This document shows positions 57,956 to 64,000 of a stretch of 64,000 bases of DNA, in pieces (within the stretch, counting starts at the first letter, position 1; each line of letters starts with the position of its first letter). The position numbers and the translations under genes were made by a program. Location of the stretch: positions 4,115 to 68,114 of the forward strand of contig CAZLTL010000003.1 in assembly GCA_964562525.1 (NCBI GenBank), written 5' to 3'. This stretch comes from an uncultured bacterium. Lineage in GTDB: Bacteria > Omnitrophota > Omnitrophia > Omnitrophales > Aquincolibacteriaceae. Below the pieces are notes generated by a model that was not told the DNA's origin, made no database searches, and saw only the letters and a program-made list of their open reading frames with translations.

Positions 57956-57989
57956 GATAACATAATTTTGTTAGATTCTGTAGGGAGGA

Positions 57990-58961
57990 TTAATTACGAG
58001 TAGAAGAACCAGCCGACGCTTTACGGAGCCTGTCCATAATCGCTTTTCCAAGCCCCTTCTCAGGGACGGCTTCGGCCAGGATAAAGTCACAATCCGAATC
58101 ATCAAAATCATGCAAAAATGAAAAAAGATTCGCGGCAGCTTCTTTTAAATCCCCCGCTGCGGAAAGAGTTTTAACTTCCTTCGCTTTTAAATTTTTATCC
58201 GCAGAAAAAAGCAAAACTCCACAAGACTGAAGCTTGGGATAATTTAAAATTTCCGCGCGCGATAACACTCTTAGCGGTTTATGCGGCGCATAATGCTGCT
58301 CCAATTGTCCGGGTGCGGAAGGCAAGCTCCCTACTTGGCACGATTCAAGCACCCCGGTTATTTTTTCAATTTCTTCCGCGGGAATTCCTCCCGCCCTCAG
58401 TATCGCCGGACTTGCCGAAGATAAATCCAGAATGGTTGATTCAACGCCTGTCGCGCAAGGCCCCCCATCAAGAATGATACTGACCTTAGCTCCTAGCTGA
58501 TCATCAACATGTTTTGCAGTGGTGGGGCTTAAGTAACCGAATGGATTAGCGCTCGGGGCAGCAATGGGTTTTCCCGCCAAACAAATCAACTCCAACGCAA
58601 CCGGATGATTCGGCATACGCACCGCCACCGTGGGCAAGCCTGAAGTCACCAAATCAGGAATATTTTTTTGTTTCTTTAATACCAAAGTCAGCGGTCCCGG
58701 CCAGAATTTTCTTGCGAGTTTTAAGGCGAGGTCATTCACTTCCGCAATTCTCTCAAGATCGTTTAAATCAGCAATATGCACAATCAGCGGATCAAAATGC
58801 GGGCGGTTTTTAATTTCAAAAATTTGCGCCACCGCAGACGTGTTGAAAGCATCCGCACCCAAACCATAAACCGTTTCCGTGGGAAAAGCAACAACGCCGC
58901 CGGAATTGATTTGATCAGCGGCTCTTTGGATTGATTTGGAGTCGGAATCGTAAATAGGCAT
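57990..58961 (-). CDS. tsaC: L-threonylcarbamoyladenylate synthase (YrdC domain + Sua5 C-terminal domain)
   Basis: GGVVAFPTETVYGLGADA ... KFWPGPLT. 323 aa two-domain Sua5-type architecture. Confidence 0.85.
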   Translation of the reverse strand: MPIYDSDSKSIQRAADQINSGGVVAFPTETVYGLGADAFNTSAVAQIFEIKNRPHFDPLIVHIADLNDLERIAEVNDLALKLARKFWPGPLTLVLKKQKNIPDLVTSGLPTVAVRMPNHPVALELICLAGKPIAAPSANPFGYLSPTTAKHVDDQLGAKVSIILDGGPCATGVESTILDLSSASPAILRAGGIPAEEIEKITGVLESCQVGSLPSAPGQLEQHYAPHKPLRVLSRAEILNYPKLQSCGVLLFSADKNLKAKEVKTLSAAGDLKEAAANLFSFLHDFDDSDCDFILAEAVPEKGLGKAIMDRLRKASAGSSTRN

Positions 58962-59040
58962 AGCGCATTATAGTGATATCTATTCAATCGAAAAAGAAAA
59001 AGCCCACAACCATTTCAGAGGCTGTGGGCTATTAAAACTG

Positions 59041-59118
59041 TGGCGTCCCCAAGCGGATTTGAACCGCTGTTACCAGGATGAAAACCTGGTGTCCTAGACC
59101 GACCTAGACGATGGGGAC
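59041..59118 (-). tRNA. tRNA-Glu (anticodon TTC), CCA encoded
   Basis: GTCCCCATCGTCTAGGTCGGTCTAGGACACCAGGTTTTCATCCTGGTAACAGCGGTTCAAATCCGCTTGGGGACGCCA. Confidence 0.85.
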
Positions 59119-59149
59119 GCGAAAACCAAATTGTATAAGTTCAAACCAC

Positions 59150-59229
59150 GCTGTTACCAGCCGTCTTGTTTATTCGCCAGCGGCGAAATAAACCCGGTGT
59201 CCTGGACCGACCTAGACGCTGGGGACACG
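59150..59229 (-). pseudogene. Degenerate tRNA-Glu-like copy: intact acceptor-5'/D-arm/anticodon-stem, a 25-nt hairpin insert in place of the anticodon loop, decayed T-arm
   Basis: GTCCCCAGCGTCTAGGTCGGTCCAGGACACCGGG + TTTATTTCGCCGCTGGCGAATAAAC + AAGACGGCTGGTAACAGCG + TGGTTTGAACTTATAC. Confidence 0.5.
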
Positions 59230-59238
59230 AGATCGAAA

Positions 59239-59244
59239 ATTATA
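59239..59244 (-). promoter_or_regulatory. Candidate -10 box (TATAAT) about 10 nt upstream of the tRNA-Glu-like leader and tRNA-Glu
   Basis: Minus strand reads AAGTATAATTTTCGATCTCGTGTCCCC. No convincing -35 hexamer. Confidence 0.3.
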
Positions 59245-59322
59245 CTTATTTTTCCCGCCGCGTCGATAACTTTGCACGCGATATTACGGTTGCACTTTTT
59301 ATAAAGTGCAGAGTAAAACGCA

Positions 59323-59395
59323 TGAGGCCGGATGGAATCGAACCATCGACAGCGTCCTTAAAAGGGACGTGCTCTACCAACTGAGCTACGGCCTC
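59323..59395 (-). tRNA. tRNA-Lys (anticodon TTT), CCA not encoded
   Basis: GAGGCCGTAGCTCAGTTGGTAGAGCACGTCCCTTTTAAGGACGCTGTCGATGGTTCGATTCCATCCGGCCTCA. Confidence 0.9.
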
Positions 59396-59408
59396 ACGCA
59401 AATATCGT

Positions 59409-59975
59409 TCAAACTTCCTGAAGCTCCACTTCTTTATGCTTTAGAGCTTCATCAATCTTCGCAGTGAATTCGTCAGTCACCTTCTGAATATCTTTTTGCA
59501 CGGTGCGCGACTCATCTTCTGAAATTTCTTTGGCTTTTTCGCCTTTTTTAATCGTTTCAATCGCTTCATGCCGCGATGCACGCACCGCAACGCGCCCTTC
59601 CTCGGCAATCTTCTTAATAAGCTTGGTCAAATCCGTCCGACGCTCCGCCGTTAATTGAGGGATTTGAATGCGGATCAACTTGCCATCATTCATCGGAGTT
59701 AAGCCTAATTCTGATTTGATTAATGCTTTCTCAATCTCAGCAAGAGCCGTGGCATCCCACGGTGTAATAGCAAGTGTTTTAGCATCAGGAATTGAGAGTG
59801 CCGCCATTTGACGCAAAGCAGTCATAGTTCCGTAATAATCGACCATAATATTTTCAATTAATGACGTAGAAGCACGACCCGTACGCAAATTCTGAAACTC
59901 TTTTTTAGTCGCCTCAAGAGTTTTCTCCATCTTTCCGCGCATAAGCTTAACAACTTCTTTTGAGTTTACCGGCAT
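59409..59975 (-). CDS. frr: Ribosome recycling factor
   Basis: Start set at MPVNSKEVV, which has GGAGGG 5 nt upstream, rather than the longer track ORF. RRF family over 188 aa. Confidence 0.9.
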   Translation of the reverse strand: MPVNSKEVVKLMRGKMEKTLEATKKEFQNLRTGRASTSLIENIMVDYYGTMTALRQMAALSIPDAKTLAITPWDATALAEIEKALIKSELGLTPMNDGKLIRIQIPQLTAERRTDLTKLIKKIAEEGRVAVRASRHEAIETIKKGEKAKEISEDESRTVQKDIQKVTDEFTAKIDEALKHKEVELQEV

Positions 59976-59989
59976 AGTTACCCTCCGCG

Positions 59990-60694
59990 TTACGACACCC
60001 AAGTGCCGATGCGTTCCCCTTTTAAAACTCTGACAATATTACCTGGCTTATTCATATTGAAAACAATAATCGGCATTTGGTTATCCATGCAAAGTGAAAT
60101 CGCAGTCGCATCCATCACCTTAAGCTGTTTTTTCAAAACTTCCATATAAGTCAACTTTTCAAACTTCTTGGCCTTCTTATTCTTAACCGGATCAGAATCA
60201 TAAATACCATCAACTTTGGTCGCCTTCAAAATCACATCCGCGCCAATCTCAGTAGCGCGTAAAGCAGCGGCGGTGTCAGTGGTGAAATAAGGATTGCCTG
60301 TGCCGGCAGCAAAAATAACAACGCGATTCTTTTCCATGTGACGCATCGTACGTCGGCGGATATAAGGCTCACAAAGAGCATCCACGCGGATTGCGGTTTG
60401 AACACGTGTGGGAACACCCTTTTTCTCGAGCGCATCACATACGATCAGCGAATTCATCAAAGTGGCCATCATACCTATATAGTCAGCTGTCGCGCGATCA
60501 ATGCCCTGCTCTGCCGCAGGAACTCCTCGGAAAAAATTTCCGCCACCAATCACAACAGCCAATTCAATGCCCATTTTCCGGACATCTTTGATCTGAGAGG
60601 CAATTGAAGAAACAATCGCGGGATCAACTCCGAATCCATTGGACCCCTGAAGAGCTTCACCGGAAAGTTTGAGTAGAACTCGCTTAAACTTCAT
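59990..60694 (-). CDS. pyrH: UMP kinase
   Basis: [12 protein letters not shown]...GGGNFFRG...amino-acid-kinase fold. 234 aa. Confidence 0.9.
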   Translation of the reverse strand: MKFKRVLLKLSGEALQGSNGFGVDPAIVSSIASQIKDVRKMGIELAVVIGGGNFFRGVPAAEQGIDRATADYIGMMATLMNSLIVCDALEKKGVPTRVQTAIRVDALCEPYIRRRTMRHMEKNRVVIFAAGTGNPYFTTDTAAALRATEIGADVILKATKVDGIYDSDPVKNKKAKKFEKLTYMEVLKKQLKVMDATAISLCMDNQMPIIVFNMNKPGNIVRVLKGERIGTWVS

Positions 60695-60781
60695 CGAACC
60701 TTTAACAATTTAAAAATCTATTGTTGAGAACCGGCATCGAGCGGAAGGACTATCCCCTTCCGCTGTACCGAAAAGAAACTG

Positions 60782-61387
60782 TTACGCGCCGCCAACCTCA
60801 AAACGAACAAAACGGCGAATAACAATGTTTTCACCGATCGTCGCGATGGTTTCAGAAAGATAATCCTGAATGGTCTGAGAATCATTCTTAATGAACTTTT
60901 GGTTCAAAAGGCAAATATCTTCATAACGCTTAGCTAGCTTACCTTCGAGAATCTTTTCGCGCACGGCTTCGGGCTTATCCTTCACCGACTCAAAAAAGAC
61001 GGCCTTTTCACGATCCATGACTTCCGCGGGAATTTGATCCGCGCTGACATAGAGCGGAAACGCGGCAGCAATATGCATCGCAACATTGCGGGCAAATTCT
61101 TGAAAGCGGTCATTCTTAGCGACGAAATCTGTTTCGCAGTTAATTTCGACTAAAACACCCAGCTTGCCGCCGGCATGAATATACGAAATAACTTGGCCTT
61201 CACGAACTTCGCGTGAAGCTTTCTTCTTAGCGCTATCCAAACCCTTTTTACGGATGATGTCTTTTGCCGCTTCAAAGTTGCCGTTGGCTTCAACTAAGGC
61301 CTTTTTGACGTCCATCATGCCTGCGCCGGTCATTTCGCGCAGCTTAACGATATCTTCTTTTGTAAAATTTTCAGTATTCACTGTCAT
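60782..61387 (-). CDS. tsf: Elongation factor Ts (short form)
   Basis: VKLREMTGAGMMDVKKALVEANGNFEAA (UBA-like N-terminus) ... GKLGVLVEINCETDFVA. Confidence 0.9.
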   Translation of the reverse strand: MTVNTENFTKEDIVKLREMTGAGMMDVKKALVEANGNFEAAKDIIRKKGLDSAKKKASREVREGQVISYIHAGGKLGVLVEINCETDFVAKNDRFQEFARNVAMHIAAAFPLYVSADQIPAEVMDREKAVFFESVKDKPEAVREKILEGKLAKRYEDICLLNQKFIKNDSQTIQDYLSETIATIGENIVIRRFVRFEVGGA

Positions 61388-61493
61388 AAATCCTCAATTA
61401 CTTTGTATTATTTTGCACTGCGTGTCCTGAGCTCAACTACTTGATCTTTTAGGCATCGAGCAAAGCTCTTGGCTTTGCTGTGCCAAAAAAATC

Positions 61494-62267
61494 TCAGTGC
61501 TTCGCTGAATTCAAAGCTTCTTCAGCTACGGCATCAACCGCGGCATCCGCTTCAGGCTTAGCTTCAGCATTCTTGGACATGCGGAATTCATTGCTGCCTT
61601 CAAGAGCGCTATTGGCAACCGCATCACAAAAAAGCGAGATTGCTTTAATTGCGTCATCATTGCCAGGAATCGCGACATCCACCAACTCAGGGTCACTGTT
61701 CGTATCGGCAATGGCCACAACAGGAATCCCGAGCTTTTTAGCTTCAAGAATAGCAATTTTTTCTTTCTCAATATCCACAACAAAGACCGCACCCGGAAGC
61801 TTTTTCATCTCACGGATACCCGCAAGGTTCTTCACAAGCTTTTCGCGTTCCTTTTTCATGGATGACCATTCTTTTTTGGTCACGTACTGATATTCACCGG
61901 TTTTTTCCATCTTATCGATATCTTCGATTTTCTTGATGGATTTACGGATGGTTTCAAAGTTCGTCAACATTCCGCCAAGCCAACGCTCATTCACATAAGG
62001 CATACCGGATTTTTCAGCGGCCGTCTGCAAAGGATCTTGCGCTTGTTTCTTTGTTCCGATGAAAAGAATACCTTCACCTTTTTTGGTGATATTCAAAATA
62101 AATTTAAGCGCTTTATCGAGCACTTTTGCGGTGATTTCAAGATTGACGATATGAATCCCGTTACGGTCGCCGAAAATATACGGCTTCATCTTCGGGTTCC
62201 AGCGCTGAGTCTGATGTCCAAAATGAGCGCCTGCGTCTAAAAGCTGTTTAATAGTAACTTGAGCCAA
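61494..62267 (-). CDS. rpsB: 30S ribosomal protein S2
   Basis: MAQVTIKQLLDAGAHFGHQTQRWNPKM. Confidence 0.95.
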   Translation of the reverse strand: MAQVTIKQLLDAGAHFGHQTQRWNPKMKPYIFGDRNGIHIVNLEITAKVLDKALKFILNITKKGEGILFIGTKKQAQDPLQTAAEKSGMPYVNERWLGGMLTNFETIRKSIKKIEDIDKMEKTGEYQYVTKKEWSSMKKEREKLVKNLAGIREMKKLPGAVFVVDIEKEKIAILEAKKLGIPVVAIADTNSDPELVDVAIPGNDDAIKAISLFCDAVANSALEGSNEFRMSKNAEAKPEADAAVDAVAEEALNSAKH

Positions 62268-62624
62268 GTGATTTCCCCTTTTTTAATATTTCAAACCGGT
62301 CATCGGTGAATTTCATTTTTAGGGCATCTCCCTAAAATAGAAAATCCCCGTCGCTAAAAGCTACGAGGATCCGCCGAATACCAATTTAAAAACCCTTGCT
62401 AGAAGAGTGCTAAATGCCTGTTCAGTTAAAACACCGAACGCTCTTTTTTGCATGGACCACAACTGAAGCCAAAGGCAAGTTGCGATGGTTGACGAATGCG
62501 AAACTTACGAACGAGTGGTGAATTATAGCCAAAAAATCTAAAGTGGCAAGTGATTCATTTTCCCGCAACAGGCAACAGCATAAGCAGCCTGCCAGACGAC
62601 GGCACAAATACTCTCTATCCCCTT

Positions 62625-63515
62625 TTAGGCGTTAAACTTATGAAGCCCTAGGTTTTTGTAGATTTCGGCGGTGGCGCGGGATTTATTGAGAGTATAGAAG
62701 TGAATTCCGGCAACTCCATGCCGAATCAGTTCTTCGCATTGGCGCGACGCATAGTCAATTCCAAACGCAGTGACAGATTCGTTGTCATCGCCAAACCTCT
62801 GAATGGCGGCATGAATCGGCTGAGGAATGGAGGCCCCGCACATTTGCGAAAAACGCTCAATTTGCTTACCGTTGGTGATCGGCATAATTCCAGCAACAAG
62901 CGGAACCTGAATTCCGAGCTTACGGCAGCCCTCTTCAAACCGAAAAAAATCACCGTTCGAGAAAAAAAGCTGTGTCACAACCGCGTCCGCGCCTTCTTTC
63001 ACTTTTAAACTTAAATGCTTCCAATCCTGCTCAAGCGAAACCGATTCGGGGTGTTTTTCAGGATAGCCCGCGACCGCGATCGAAAACCAATCTCTAAATT
63101 CCTCGTGCCCCCGGATAAACGCCACGAGTTCCGAAGCATAACGAAATCCGCCTGCGACAGGCTTGAATTCAGTTTCACCTTTCGGCGGATCGCCGCGCAA
63201 AGCCACCACGCTTTGAATTCCTTTGGCTTTGAGCTCACGCAAAACCGACTCAATTTCCTGCTTGGTATTACCAACGCACGTCAAATGCGAAGCGACTTCC
63301 AAACCCAGTTTGCTTTTAATATGGTCCGCGATGCGAATGGTGTTGGAACGGGTTGAGCCCATTGCCCCGTAGGTCACGGAAACAAAAGTGGGTTTCAAAA
63401 CTTTCAGCTCAGCCGCCGCAGCGTAGAGCTGCTCTTCGGCTTCAGGCGTCTTGGGAGGAAAAAACTCGAAAGAAAAAGACTGCTTCTTTTTTGAAAATAT
63501 TTCTGAGATCTTCAT
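62625..63515 (-). CDS. metF: 5,10-methylenetetrahydrofolate reductase
   Basis: SFEFFPPKT N-terminal signature. TIM-barrel MTHFR. 296 aa. Confidence 0.85.
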   Translation of the reverse strand: MKISEIFSKKKQSFSFEFFPPKTPEAEEQLYAAAAELKVLKPTFVSVTYGAMGSTRSNTIRIADHIKSKLGLEVASHLTCVGNTKQEIESVLRELKAKGIQSVVALRGDPPKGETEFKPVAGGFRYASELVAFIRGHEEFRDWFSIAVAGYPEKHPESVSLEQDWKHLSLKVKEGADAVVTQLFFSNGDFFRFEEGCRKLGIQVPLVAGIMPITNGKQIERFSQMCGASIPQPIHAAIQRFGDDNESVTAFGIDYASRQCEELIRHGVAGIHFYTLNKSRATAEIYKNLGLHKFNA

Positions 63516-63521
63516 AAAAAA

Positions 63522-63782
63522 CTAAACCCACCGTCTTAAGAAAAATAACAACGAAAGTAAAATTAAAAGCGCGGCCGCAATCATCACCCACACGGGCCGG
63601 CTGCCGCCCTGAACGCTGCCACCACAATAAGCGCAAACTGAACTTGAAGCAAGTACTTGCTTGCCGCATTGCCCGCAAACGATGAGCTTCTCTTGGCTTT
63701 CACGGACCTCCCATTTTTTTGCGAGCCGCTCGGGAACCGCTTCGGGCTTAGGCGGCAAGAAATCAGGCTCATCTTCTAACAT
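63522..63782 (-). CDS. Small zinc-ribbon membrane protein (CxxC...CxxC + C-terminal TM)
   Basis: CGQCGKQ ... CAYCGG, then VWVMIAAALLILLSLLFFL. 86 aa. Confidence 0.4.
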   Translation of the reverse strand: MLEDEPDFLPPKPEAVPERLAKKWEVRESQEKLIVCGQCGKQVLASSSVCAYCGGSVQGGSRPVWVMIAAALLILLSLLFFLRRWV

Positions 63783-63788
63783 TCAATA

Positions 63789-64000
63789 TCACCCGACAAT
63801 GTCAGCGATTTTAAGAAAATTAAGTAAAATTTTCCTGCAATAGTAATGCATTTCTTTTTCTTCTTTAAGCCATTCCTTAATCAGAAACTCAGAACGGTAA
63901 TGTTTCAAATCCGGGTCCGTCTGCAACCACTCCGTCAAAAGTGGTGTTGTCACCTCTAAATGTCCCTGAATGCCGTAAGCTCTTTTACCGACGCGCACGA
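63789..64000 (-). CDS. C-terminal end of a class I glutamine amidotransferase-like protein (5' part off window)
   Basis: YGIQGHLEVTTPLL resembles the GATase1 GxQFHPEV motif. Frame stays open to the window edge. Confidence 0.4.
   Translation of the reverse strand, partial: VRVGKRAYGIQGHLEVTTPLLTEWLQTDPDLKHYRSEFLIKEWLKEEKEMHYYCRKILLNFLKIADIVG

Noticed and set aside
59166-59384. 72-aa plus-strand ORF
   Set aside because: Antisense to the tRNA-Glu-like remnant and tRNA-Lys. No ribosome-binding site.
59409-60002. Longer frr start (MGVVTRRVT...) as given by the ORF track
   Set aside because: Would overlap pyrH. The internal ATG (MPVNSKE) has a GGAGGG SD and gives a canonical RRF length.
1-64000. 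CRISPR arrays, rRNA genes, transposase/integrase genes
   Set aside because: No regularly spaced direct repeats, no rRNA signatures, and no transposase or integrase-like ORFs were seen in this window.

Overview
This 64 kb window comes from a diderm (Gram-negative-type) bacterium, judged by MurJ, an LptE-like lipoprotein, a BamD-like TPR protein and an ExeA/GspA-like ATPase. Almost every gene is on the minus strand. Ordinary housekeeping genes are interrupted by two giant ORFs: 3185..17371 (4728 aa) and 39271..57807 (6178 aa). Both begin with a signal peptide and a paralogous N-terminal domain of about 450 aa. Both then run through transmembrane segments alternating with many unrelated enzyme-like domains. 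In giant 1 these include a GT2 glycosyltransferase, a HAD phosphatase, two GNAT domains and three SAM-methyltransferase-like domains. In giant 2 these include a uridine-kinase-like P-loop, an HExxH segment, a MidA/NDUFAF7-like methyltransferase, a protein-kinase-like segment, GlnD/GlnE-type nucleotidyltransferase, HD and ACT domains, and a CheR-like methyltransferase. Both proteins are punctuated every 250-300 aa by a conserved R-S-E-x-R peptide motif that is encoded with varying synonymous codons. This looks like a modular giant-protein or polyprotein architecture that I cannot assign to any described family. By analogy with reported giant genes in Omnitrophota-like candidate phyla the source may be such a lineage, but that is inference only. 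The rest of the window holds: prfB with its programmed +1 frameshift site (3' end off-window), an acyl-ACP desaturase, a CheY-like receiver, uvrC, murJ, rpsT, holA, an lptE-like gene, a BamD-like TPR/coiled-coil giant, a ComEC-like channel with a detached degenerate C-terminal piece, a split ExeA/GspA-like pair, a GH35 glycosidase, leuS, tRNA-Ala/Leu and tRNA-Glu/Lys clusters each preceded by a decayed partial tRNA copy, surE, a ChbG/YdjC deacetylase, acpS, a bactofilin-HTH fusion with a partner HTH-TM protein, a SodC-like lipoprotein, tsaC/sua5, frr-pyrH-tsf-rpsB, metF, and a 295-bp MITE-like element with 32-bp inverted repeats. Coordinates I derived by hand counting (tRNAs, motifs, domains) may be off by 1-3 nt. 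CDS coordinates follow the supplied ORF track.
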